64,000 nucleotides of DNA from Actinomycetota bacterium (lineage in GTDB: Bacteria > Actinomycetota > Acidimicrobiia > IMCC26256 > PALSA-610). Location of the stretch: the NCBI GenBank assembly GCA_003134555.1, contig PLBO01000070.1, positions 99,226 through 163,225 on the forward strand. The letters run 5' to 3'. This document shows positions 27,376 to 36,975 of this stretch, in pieces; within the stretch, counting starts at the first letter, position 1, and each line of letters begins with the position of its first letter. A program made the translations under genes and the position numbers. The notes beneath the pieces are model-generated. The model had not been told where the DNA came from. It made no database searches and was given only the letters and a program-made list of their open reading frames with translations.

Positions 27376-27954
27376 TCAGCCGAGCAAGAGCTCGGCGGCC
27401 GACGCGAGGTTGTCGCCCATCGACGACGACTGGTTCAAGCCGTTGCTCCAGTAGGTGAGCTCGGCGAACCAGACCGAACCGAGCACGCGGACGATGCCGT
27501 CGAGATCGGCGAACGTCGTGCAGTGTCCGTCGCCGTGGACGACGTCGGCGATGATCGCGCGCAAGGTCGAGTCGATCTCATGCTTGAGCGGGACCGCCGC
27601 CTCCTCGGAGGACGACATCGCGGCGAGCATCGCCTTTGTGACGAGGGGAGCGCGCTCGAGCGCGCGCGACGCGCGCTTGAGCACGTCGGACACGCGCGCC
27701 GCGGGAGTGTCGCCGTTCGGCGGCCGTTGCACGAGTCGCTCGCGCAGAGTCGCGGCCTGTTGAGCCATCGCCGCGAGCAGGAGTTGGTCCTTCGACGCGT
27801 AGTGCCGGTAGAGCGTTCCCAGCGCGACTTCGGCGCGGGCGGCGACGTCGCGCATTTGCACCGCGTCGTAGCCGCCCTCGGCGGCGAGCGCCGTCGCGGC
27901 CATGATGAGCCGCTCCTTGCGGGCCGCGGTCTCGGCGGCACGAGTTCCGGTCAT
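27376..27954 (-). CDS. kstR: TetR family regulator, KstR-like (candidate steroid catabolism repressor)
   Basis: 192 aa. The HTH region GGYDAVQMRDVAARAEVALGTLYRHYASKDQLL closely resembles my recollection of mycobacterial KstR (GGYEAVQMR.VA.RA.VA.GTLYRYF.SK). A KstR-consensus box lies in its own divergent promoter. The symbol is tentative. Confidence 0.75.
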   Translation of the reverse strand: MTGTRAAETAARKERLIMAATALAAEGGYDAVQMRDVAARAEVALGTLYRHYASKDQLLLAAMAQQAATLRERLVQRPPNGDTPAARVSDVLKRASRALERAPLVTKAMLAAMSSSEEAAVPLKHEIDSTLRAIIADVVHGDGHCTTFADLDGIVRVLGSVWFAELTYWSNGLNQSSSMGDNLASAAELLLG

Positions 27955-27979
27955 GACGCGCCGGACCGTAGCGCGAACC

Positions 27980-27993
27980 TAGAACGTGTTGCA
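27980..27993. promoter_or_regulatory. KstR-type operator box TAGAACGTGTTGCA
   Basis: Fits TnnAACnnGTTnnA at all 8 specified positions. Lies in the 70-bp divergent region between the TetR gene (start 27954) and the nitronate monooxygenase gene (start 28025). Confidence 0.55.
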
Positions 27994-28024
27994 GGTGTGA
28001 AGTGCGGGTTCGTACGATCGGAGA

Positions 28025-29134
28025 ATGCGCACCCAGCTCGCCCGGGACCTCGGGCTCGAATTCCCGATCTTCGCTTTCAGCCACTGCCGCGACGTAGTCG
28101 CAGCCGTCAGCCGCGCCGGGGGGATGGGCGTCCTCGGGGCTCTCTACTTCACGCCGGAGGAGCTGGAGATCGAGCTGAAGTGGATCGACGAGCACGTCGA
28201 CGGCAAGCCGTACGGCGTCGACCTGGTCATGCCGGCCAAGGTGGAGCTGCCTGAAGGGGTGAACCCCGACGACCTCGAGGGCCAGCTCGAGCAGATGATC
28301 AGCCCCGCGCACCGGGAGTGGGTCGAGAAGGTGCTCGCCGAGCACGGCGTGCCGCCGCTGCCCGAGGATTCCGACGGCGGTCACCACCTGCTCGGCTGGA
28401 CCGACGCGACCGCGCGTCCCCAGATCGACATCGCGTTCCAGCACGCGCCGGCGTTGCTCGTGAACGCGCTCGGGCCGCCGCCGGCGGACATCGTCGACGC
28501 CGCGCACGAGCGTGGAATCAAGGTCGCGGCACTGGCGAGTAGCCCGCGTCACGCGCAGAAGCACGTCGACATCGGTGTCGACATCGTCGTCGCGCAGGGC
28601 ACGGAGGCGGGCGGTCATACCGGCGAGATCAGTTCGGTCGTCCTGTGGCCTCAGGTCATCGAGACGATCGCGCCCACCCCGGTGCTCGCGGCGGGCGGGA
28701 TCGCGCACGGTTCGCAGATCGCGGGCGCGCTCGCGATGGGCGCGCAGGGCGTGTGGACCGGCTCGATCTGGCTGACGGTTGCCGAGAGCGACATGACGCC
28801 GCTGGTCATCGAGAAGCTGCTCGCGGCCGACTCCACCCAGACGGTGCGGTCGCGCGCGCTGTCGGGCAAGCCCGCGCGGCAGTTGCGGACCGAGTGGACC
28901 GACGCGTGGGACCGGCCCGACTGTCCCGGCTACCTGCCGATGCCGCTCCAGTACATGTTGGTCGCCGACGTCATGGCGCGCGTTAGCCGCGCGCAGAACC
29001 GCGAGCTCACTGGCATGCCCGTGGGTCAGGTCGTCGGCATGATGGACCGGGTGCGCTCGTCGCGCGACGTGATCCGTCGTCTGGTCGAGGAGTACGTCGA
29101 GGCCGTCGATCGCCTCGACGCCCTCAACGCCTAG
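28025..29134 (+). CDS. Nitronate monooxygenase (2-nitropropane dioxygenase-like, FMN)
   Basis: 369 aa. Motifs FPIFAFSHC, GMGVLG, VVAQGTEAGGHTG, AAGGIAHG. Confidence 0.85.
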   Translation: MRTQLARDLGLEFPIFAFSHCRDVVAAVSRAGGMGVLGALYFTPEELEIELKWIDEHVDGKPYGVDLVMPAKVELPEGVNPDDLEGQLEQMISPAHREWVEKVLAEHGVPPLPEDSDGGHHLLGWTDATARPQIDIAFQHAPALLVNALGPPPADIVDAAHERGIKVAALASSPRHAQKHVDIGVDIVVAQGTEAGGHTGEISSVVLWPQVIETIAPTPVLAAGGIAHGSQIAGALAMGAQGVWTGSIWLTVAESDMTPLVIEKLLAADSTQTVRSRALSGKPARQLRTEWTDAWDRPDCPGYLPMPLQYMLVADVMARVSRAQNRELTGMPVGQVVGMMDRVRSSRDVIRRLVEEYVEAVDRLDALNA

Positions 29135-30048
29135 TTGGGGGTTGCGGGTGAGAGGGCGGCGGTTACGGCTGCCGCGAAGCGGTCGGGGGCTTCGATCATC
29201 GGGTAGTGGCCCACGCCGTCGAGGATCGTGACGTGCGTGTCGGCGCGCGCGCGGCTGAGCTCGTCGGTCATCGCGACGACCGCGATTGGATCGTCCGCGC
29301 CCCATACGACCGCGAGCGGCGACGGGTGGGTCTCGATCGCGCCGGTGAAGCGTCGTTCCTCGGCGCGCCGGTCTTCGATATAGCGAATCGTGCGCGGGAG
29401 GAGCCGGTGGCCGTCGTTGCGCTCGGCCAACAGCCACTGCGCGTCGAGCTCGTCCGGGCTGATGTCGGAGTTCGACGAGAACGTCCCCGCGAGACCGGCC
29501 TTGAAGCCGTCGGCCTGCACGAGATCGGTCGGCGCGTCGTCGAGCGAGAGCAGTAATTGCTGTCCGGTGGTGAGCTGCGCCATGTCGATGTAGATGCTGC
29601 CGTTGGTGAGCACGCGGCGCGTGACCGCGAACGGCAAGGTTCCCTCGAGGCTGCGCGCCAGCAACTCACCGCCGACCGTGTCGCCCATGTCGTGCGTGAG
29701 CAACGCGACGGAGGTCAGACCGAGATCGCGCGCGACCGCCTCGACGACGTCGGCCTGCAGGCGCATGCTGTACCGCACGTCGGGCTTCGCGGACAGGCCG
29801 AAGCCGAGGAAGTCGACGGCCACGACCCGGCGCTGCGCGCGGAGGGCGTCGAGCACGTGGCGCCAGTCGAACGAGCACGACGGAAAGCCGTGGAGCACCA
29901 GCAGGGGATCGAGGCCGCGGTCGTCGAGGGCGGGAACGTCGAGCACCCACGCCCACCGGTCGTCGATCGCCAGTCGGCGACCGCGCGCCTCCCACTCGCG
30001 AACCGCGAGCACGGCGCTTTCGGGCATCGCTTGCTCGGACCCCGCCAT
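29131..30048 (-). CDS. Alpha/beta hydrolase, Asp-nucleophile (epoxide hydrolase/dehalogenase-like) subclass
   Basis: 305 aa. LVLHGFPSCSFDW (HGxP oxyanion motif), and nucleophile elbow LLTHDMGDTVG, with Asp where serine hydrolases have GxSxG. Confidence 0.8.
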   Translation of the reverse strand: MAGSEQAMPESAVLAVREWEARGRRLAIDDRWAWVLDVPALDDRGLDPLLVLHGFPSCSFDWRHVLDALRAQRRVVAVDFLGFGLSAKPDVRYSMRLQADVVEAVARDLGLTSVALLTHDMGDTVGGELLARSLEGTLPFAVTRRVLTNGSIYIDMAQLTTGQQLLLSLDDAPTDLVQADGFKAGLAGTFSSNSDISPDELDAQWLLAERNDGHRLLPRTIRYIEDRRAEERRFTGAIETHPSPLAVVWGADDPIAVVAMTDELSRARADTHVTILDGVGHYPMIEAPDRFAAAVTAALSPATPN

Positions 30049-30066
30049 GGGCCCGACGCTAGTGGT

Positions 30067-30852
30067 TCAGCCGTTGGCGTCGGGCAGGTCCGACGCCGCG
30101 CCGCCGGCCTCGCTCGACCAGCCCGTCTTGGGCGCGTCGACCGCGGCACACGAAGGCTCGTGCGCCATCGTCACGTACAGCGGCGACGCGCCGGGCGACC
30201 ACTGCGCGAATGCGCACACGTCGTGATTCGAGGCCGCGACCGCGATCGTGACGACCCCCGCGGTTTGCGCGACGGACACAACGTGTGAATCCGTCGACGG
30301 CGCATTGCCCGCGAGCCAGGTGAAGCTCGGCTGCATCGCCGCGAGCGCGGTGACGTCACCGCTCCCGACCTGCTCGAGCGTTTGGACCGCGGCGCGTCGC
30401 GTCGACTCCGCCTGAATGCGGACGACGGCTGAAAGGCTGGTCGGCAGCCCCGCGGCCGGGACGGCCGGCGCGAGCACGACCGGCGTCTGGTGGTGCGCGC
30501 CCGAGCTCGATCGGAGCGTGAACCACGCGGTCGCGAGCGCCGCGACCATGAAGACGACCATTCCGAACAGCACGAACCATTTCCGCAGGCTGTCGGTCGA
30601 CGTGGTGCTCGCGTACGCGGGCCGGGCCGCCATCGGCAGTTGCGCAACGGGTTGCAGCACCGCGGGCGCGAAGAACTGCTCGGCCGCCGAGGGCGCCGCG
30701 ACCGCAGCCGCGCCCGCGCTCGTGGCCGTGGCAGTCCGGGTTGCGCCCGCGGGTGCGAGCGGCGCGGGGATCGCCATGAGCAGGGCACCGCAGCTGCGGC
30801 ACGACGGCCAGATCGGCCGCACTGTCTTCCCGCAGTCGGGGCACACGGTCAT
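30067..30852 (-). CDS. Zinc-ribbon membrane protein (paralog 2 of a tandem pair)
   Basis: Start chosen at ATG 30852, which overlaps the upstream TGA (ATGA). MTVCPDCGKTVRPIWPSCRSCG, an A/S/T/P-rich linker, one TM (WFVLFGMVVFMVAALATAWF), and a C-terminal domain of about 140 aa with 2 conserved Cys ending ..GWS. Confidence 0.65.
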   Translation of the reverse strand: MTVCPDCGKTVRPIWPSCRSCGALLMAIPAPLAPAGATRTATATSAGAAAVAAPSAAEQFFAPAVLQPVAQLPMAARPAYASTTSTDSLRKWFVLFGMVVFMVAALATAWFTLRSSSGAHHQTPVVLAPAVPAAGLPTSLSAVVRIQAESTRRAAVQTLEQVGSGDVTALAAMQPSFTWLAGNAPSTDSHVVSVAQTAGVVTIAVAASNHDVCAFAQWSPGASPLYVTMAHEPSCAAVDAPKTGWSSEAGGAASDLPDANG

Positions 30853-31664
30853 CGAGGGCTCCACCCCTGAGCCGGCGCGGAAGCCGCGCGACAGTCGGCG
30901 GTGGGAATCGTCACGAACTGCGTGCCCGATGTCGTCGGCTCATCGCGCGCGAACACGCAGCGTTTGGTGTCGGCCGGAGTCGCCAGTGTGAGAACGCCGG
31001 GGCTCGTCACGCGCATCGAGACCTCGCCCGTGCGCGCCCTCGCGGTCGCGGCGACGACCGGCACGTCGTGTGAGCGCGCACTGAGCGCCGACGGTGAGAC
31101 CTGCGCGAAGGAGTGGCGCGGCGCGAAGAGCGTGCGCCCGCCGCCCACGACCGTGCGGAGCACGCCGGTCGCGCGCGCCTGGTCGGCCGCGCTCGTTGCC
31201 GCGGAGGGCGTATCTCCGCCGAACACGACCGGCCAGGCGGCGATGAGACTCATGGTGAGCGCGACGCCGACGATCACGATCGCGAGGAGATGCTGCCGTT
31301 GCGCCTTCGCAAACGCCGCGACGCGCGTGCGCATGCGGGTGCCCGCGTGGACCGGCGTCGGCACCGGCCGTTGCACCGGCGTGCTTCGGGTCGCATGCGG
31401 CAGCAGGTTGTCGGGGCGGGTCATGGAGCCCGGCAGGAGTGTGTCGGGCGGCATCGAGCGGAGGGCGGATGCCGCGGCCGCAGTTGCCGCGGAGGAACTC
31501 GCGGGAGGCGACGAAGTCGCGACCCCCGAGGCGGATCGGCGCCGGGACAGGCTCGACGGGATCGTTACCCGGGCAACCTCGAGGTCGTTGTGCAGCGGCG
31601 CGCCACAGCGTCGACACATCGACCACTCGGCCGGGACGGGATACTTGCAGGTCGGACACTCCAC
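30849..31664 (-). CDS. Zinc-ribbon membrane protein (paralog 1 of a tandem pair)
   Basis: GTG 31664. (M)ECPTCKYPVPAEWSMCRRCG, a disordered S/A/P/T linker, one TM (LLAIVIVGVALTMSLIAAWPVVF), and a C-terminal domain alignable to the downstream paralog (...KRCVFARDEP...TADCRAASAPAQGWS). Confidence 0.65.
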   Translation of the reverse strand: MECPTCKYPVPAEWSMCRRCGAPLHNDLEVARVTIPSSLSRRRSASGVATSSPPASSSAATAAAASALRSMPPDTLLPGSMTRPDNLLPHATRSTPVQRPVPTPVHAGTRMRTRVAAFAKAQRQHLLAIVIVGVALTMSLIAAWPVVFGGDTPSAATSAADQARATGVLRTVVGGGRTLFAPRHSFAQVSPSALSARSHDVPVVAATARARTGEVSMRVTSPGVLTLATPADTKRCVFARDEPTTSGTQFVTIPTADCRAASAPAQGWSPR

Positions 31665-31785
31665 GGCGACGCTCCGGAGACGCCTTATTTCCCCGTTGGG
31701 ATCATCGGCGCCCAGGCGCTCGCGCTTCAGTAATCCGTTCCCGGCCCGGGCGTGAAGGCCTACAACCCGGGCTGCGGGCGGCGCG

Positions 31786-32439
31786 TCAAGACCGAGGACC
31801 GAAGTATTTCTCGGCGAGCTCGGGTCTCGGTTGCACGAAGAGTCCCTCGGCCTCGGCCGTGAGGGTGTCGCCGTCGTACATCTCGGCCCGTGACATCACG
31901 CGCCGGCCCTCGACCCGGTCGACCCAGGCCCGCAGCAGCAGTTCGCGAAACAGCGGCGTCGGTTTGCGGTAGTGGACGACGAGGCGCGCGGTCATTCCCG
32001 GGTTCCCGGAGGCGATGTTCGCGATCCCGAGCACCTCGTCGAATGCACACGCGACCCAGCCGCCGTGAACGAAGCTCGGAGGTCCTTCGTACGCGGCGCC
32101 GAACGTTCCGCGCGCTTCCACGGCTTGGCTGCCGTCGTCGCGGGTGACGATCTCCCAGTCGAGGCGCGGCGAGAGGGGGCTCGCCTCACCGACGATCGGC
32201 GAGCGTGGCAGGTAGTCGCCGTGGCTGCGCGGGCGATAACCCGCGCCCTCGTCGCGCCCGCGCCCGAGCCGGAACGTGAGCTGCTCGATCTCTTGCGCAA
32301 CCGTGTGCAACGTCTCCGCCTCGACGTCTTCGACCGACATCACGGTGTCGATGAGGTTGCGGATCGCGCTCGCGAGCTCCGCTCGCTCGGGAGTCGCGTA
32401 CGCAGCTGAGTCGGGGATTCCGGGCGCGGCCTCGGACAT
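31786..32439 (-). CDS. PaaI/4HBT-type hotdog-fold thioesterase
   Basis: 217 aa. PPSFVHGGWVACAFDEVLG is the hotdog thioesterase core motif. Confidence 0.75.
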   Translation of the reverse strand: MSEAAPGIPDSAAYATPERAELASAIRNLIDTVMSVEDVEAETLHTVAQEIEQLTFRLGRGRDEGAGYRPRSHGDYLPRSPIVGEASPLSPRLDWEIVTRDDGSQAVEARGTFGAAYEGPPSFVHGGWVACAFDEVLGIANIASGNPGMTARLVVHYRKPTPLFRELLLRAWVDRVEGRRVMSRAEMYDGDTLTAEAEGLFVQPRPELAEKYFGPRS

Positions 32440-32445
32440 CCGCGG

Positions 32446-33258
32446 TCACTTGCCCTCGAAGACGGGCGGACGCTTCTCGCCGAAGGCCTTCGGGCCCTCC
32501 TGGGCGTCCTCGCTCGCGAAGACCTCCCAACCGATCGTGTCCTGGTGCTGCATCGCCTCGGCGTCGTTCATGTGCTCGGTCTCGCGCCATGCCCGCAGGA
32601 TCGCCTTCGTCGACAGCGGCGCCATCTCGGCAACCTCGGCTGCGAGCTCCTTGGCCCTCGCGAGCGCCTGACCGTCGGGGACGACGTGGCCGATGAGACC
32701 GATCTCGCGCGCTTCGGGCGCGGGAACGGGCGGACAGCGCAGCAGGATGTCCATCGCGAGCGTGTACGGGATCTGGCGCGGCAACCGGCACGCCGATCCG
32801 CCGAGCGGGAAGAGGCCCCGCTTGGCTTCCCATACGCCGAAGATCGCGCCCTCGCCCGCGACGCGGATGTCGGTGCCCTGCAGGATCTCGCTGCCGCCGG
32901 CGACGGCATAGCCCTCGACCGCGGCGATCAACGGCTTGGTCAGTCGGTAGTCGCGCAGTAACGCCTTCCAGTGCGGGTTGTTGCCGCGCGCCATGACCTC
33001 CCGGACCTTCGGGTCGTCCGACTGCTGGCCCATCGACGTGAGGTCCATCCCCGAGCAGAAGTTACCGCCCGCGCCGGTGAGGATGGCGCAGCGGACCTCG
33101 GGGTCGTCGTCGACGTACTCGTATCCGAGCACGAGCCCGGCGAGCATGTCGGGGGAGAGCGCGTTCTTCTTCTCGGGGCGGTTCATCGTGAAGATCACGA
33201 CCCGCCCGTCTCGTTCGATCGTGCAGTGCCGGGTGCTGATGTCGAGTCGTTCGGTCAC
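32446..33258 (-). CDS. Enoyl-CoA hydratase/isomerase (crotonase)
   Basis: 270 aa. Motifs FTMNRPEKKNAL, GAGGNFCSGMDL, AVEGYAVAGG. Confidence 0.9.
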   Translation of the reverse strand: MTERLDISTRHCTIERDGRVVIFTMNRPEKKNALSPDMLAGLVLGYEYVDDDPEVRCAILTGAGGNFCSGMDLTSMGQQSDDPKVREVMARGNNPHWKALLRDYRLTKPLIAAVEGYAVAGGSEILQGTDIRVAGEGAIFGVWEAKRGLFPLGGSACRLPRQIPYTLAMDILLRCPPVPAPEAREIGLIGHVVPDGQALARAKELAAEVAEMAPLSTKAILRAWRETEHMNDAEAMQHQDTIGWEVFASEDAQEGPKAFGEKRPPVFEGK

Positions 33259-33280
33259 GAGCCGAGGCTAGACCGTAAGG

Positions 33281-33294
33281 TGGAACGTGTTCTA
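33281..33294. promoter_or_regulatory. KstR-type operator box TGGAACGTGTTCTA
   Basis: Fits TnnAACnnGTTnnA. Lies in the 77-bp divergent region between the crotonase (start 33258) and the acyl-CoA ligase (start 33336). It is identical to the 14-mer at 47688. Confidence 0.55.
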
Positions 33295-33335
33295 CTCTGC
33301 GGCGAACCGATGCCCAGTCGGAGGGAGCCCGGCGA

Positions 33336-34883
<1,548 letters not shown>

Positions 34884-34930
34884 CGCGACGTCGAGCCCGG
34901 GAAGTTCGACCCGTTGTTCGAGGAGCACTG

Positions 34931-35917
34931 TTGACCGACGTCTTCACAGCCCAACACGTCATCGAGTATCCGGGCGGCTACACGCGCTCGGTCGGCCCGG
35001 TCATCGGGAGGTTCCTCACCGGCCTGCGTGACGGCCGGATCCTCGCGGTGCGTCTCGCCGACGGCCGGGTGCTCGTGCCGCCGACGGAGTACGACCCGGC
35101 GACGAGTGCGGCGGTCGCAGCCGACGGCGACCACTGGGTCGAGGTCGGCCCGCGCGGCACGGTGCAGTCGTTCACGTGGGTCTCGCAACCACGGAAGGGC
35201 AAGCACTCGCTCGACAAGCCGTTCGCGTTCGCGCTCATCCGGCCCGACGGCGCCGACACGGCGATGCTGCACGTCGTCGACTGCGGGAGCGCCGACGCGA
35301 TCCGGGTGGGTTCGCGCGTTGCACCGAAATGGCGCGCCGAGCGCACCGGATCGATCACCGACATCGAGGCGTGGCTCCCGCTCGGTGACGGCGAGGAGCC
35401 CGAACCCGCGGCGTTGCACGTGCCGGCCGACGACGAACAGCCCGTCACGGGCATCACCGTACCGATCCGCCTCGAATACACGCTGACGGCCGGTATCGCG
35501 ACGACGCGCTACCTGAAGGGTCTGGGCGAGGGCAAGATCATCGGCGGCCGGTCGCCGTCGAGCGACGATGTGTACGCCGCGTCGCGCGGCACCGACCCGA
35601 AGTCGGGCGAGGCCACGTCGGTCGAGGTGGAGGTACGCGATACGGGAGTGATCACGACGTTCTGTGTCGTGAACGTGCCCGGCTTGTCGGAGCTCGCGCC
35701 CGAGATCCCGTACGTTTCCGCGCAGATCCTGCTCGACGGCGCGAACAACACGTTCTTCGGTCTGATCCGTGGGGTCGCCGTCGACGACGTGCACATGGGC
35801 CAGCGCGTCAAAGCCCATTGGGCCGACGAGCTCAAGCCCGACCACACGTCGATTCAGTGGTTCGAGCCGACGGGCGAACCCGACGCCGACTACGAGATCT
35901 ACAAGGACTACCTCTGA
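34931..35917 (+). CDS. Double DUF35/OB-fold protein (Rv3521-like thiolase partner)
   Basis: The track ORF is over-extended. TTG 34931 lies 5 nt after GAGGAG. Two OB-fold halves are present, and neither contains a CxxC pair. It is positioned directly upstream of two Ltp thiolases. Confidence 0.75.
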   Translation: MTDVFTAQHVIEYPGGYTRSVGPVIGRFLTGLRDGRILAVRLADGRVLVPPTEYDPATSAAVAADGDHWVEVGPRGTVQSFTWVSQPRKGKHSLDKPFAFALIRPDGADTAMLHVVDCGSADAIRVGSRVAPKWRAERTGSITDIEAWLPLGDGEEPEPAALHVPADDEQPVTGITVPIRLEYTLTAGIATTRYLKGLGEGKIIGGRSPSSDDVYAASRGTDPKSGEATSVEVEVRDTGVITTFCVVNVPGLSELAPEIPYVSAQILLDGANNTFFGLIRGVAVDDVHMGQRVKAHWADELKPDHTSIQWFEPTGEPDADYEIYKDYL

Positions 35918-36972
35918 TGCGAGATGTGGCAGTGGTGTCGTTCGCGTACAGCAACGTCGCGCGCGACGCGTCGCACAACGAGACGGAGATGATCGTGCCC
36001 GTGCTGCACGAAGCCGTCGCGCAGTCGGGCATCGCGCACGACGAGATCGGTTTCGTGTGCTCGGGCAGCCTCGACTACCTCCAGGGCGGGCCGTTCGCCT
36101 TCGTCGCCGGTCTCGACGCGGTCGGTGCGTGGCCGCCGGTTCGGGAGAGTCACGTCGAGATGGACGCGGCATGGGCGCTGTACGAAGCCTGGGTCGCGAT
36201 CCAGACCGGCGAGGTCGACAGCGCATTGGTCTACGGCTTCGGCAAGTCATCGCCGGGCGACCTGCACGAGATCATGGCGTTGCAGCTCGACCCTTACTAC
36301 GTGCTGCCGCAGTGGCCGTCGATGGTCGACATGGCCGCCCTGCAGGCGTGCGCGTTCCTCGACGCCGACGGTGCGACCGAGAAGGATCTCGCCGAGGTCG
36401 CGGCCCGCTCACAGCGCAACGCGCAAGAGAACCCGAACGCGCTGCGCAAAGGGAACGTCAGCGCGGATGACGTGCTGAAGCAGCCGGTCACGCATCACCC
36501 GCTGCGCGACGCCGACATCTTCCCGATCACCGACGGTTCCGCCGCGGTGGTGATCGCGGCGGGCGATCTCGCCCGCAAGGTCTCGAAGCGCCCGGCCTGG
36601 ATCCGCGGTATCGAACACCGCATCGAAGGCCACGGGCTCGGAGTGCGCGACCTCACGCAGTCGGAGTCGACACGAGCCGCGGGAGCGGCGGCGGGCGTGG
36701 CGAACGGCAAGGTCGACGTCGCCGAGCTGCACGCGCAGTTCAGCCACGAGGAGTTGATCCTCGCCGAGGCGCTCGGTCTCGACGCGACGAAGACGAGCAT
36801 CAATCCGTCTGGTGGCCCGCTCGCCGCGAACGCGGTCATGTCGGCCGGGCTCGTGCGCATCGGCGAGGTCGCGCGGCGCATCACGAACGGCGCCGCCGAT
36901 CGCGGAGTTGCCCACGCAACCAGCGGTCCGTGCCTGCAACACAACCTGGTCTGCGTCTTGGAGGGTGAATAA
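35917..36972 (+). CDS. Thiolase-like lipid-transfer protein (Ltp4-like)
   Basis: ATG 35917 overlaps the upstream TGA. MRDVAVVSFA...INPSGGPLAAN matches the SCP-x thiolase family pattern. Confidence 0.85.
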   Translation: MRDVAVVSFAYSNVARDASHNETEMIVPVLHEAVAQSGIAHDEIGFVCSGSLDYLQGGPFAFVAGLDAVGAWPPVRESHVEMDAAWALYEAWVAIQTGEVDSALVYGFGKSSPGDLHEIMALQLDPYYVLPQWPSMVDMAALQACAFLDADGATEKDLAEVAARSQRNAQENPNALRKGNVSADDVLKQPVTHHPLRDADIFPITDGSAAVVIAAGDLARKVSKRPAWIRGIEHRIEGHGLGVRDLTQSESTRAAGAAAGVANGKVDVAELHAQFSHEELILAEALGLDATKTSINPSGGPLAANAVMSAGLVRIGEVARRITNGAADRGVAHATSGPCLQHNLVCVLEGE

Positions 36973-36975
36973 CAG

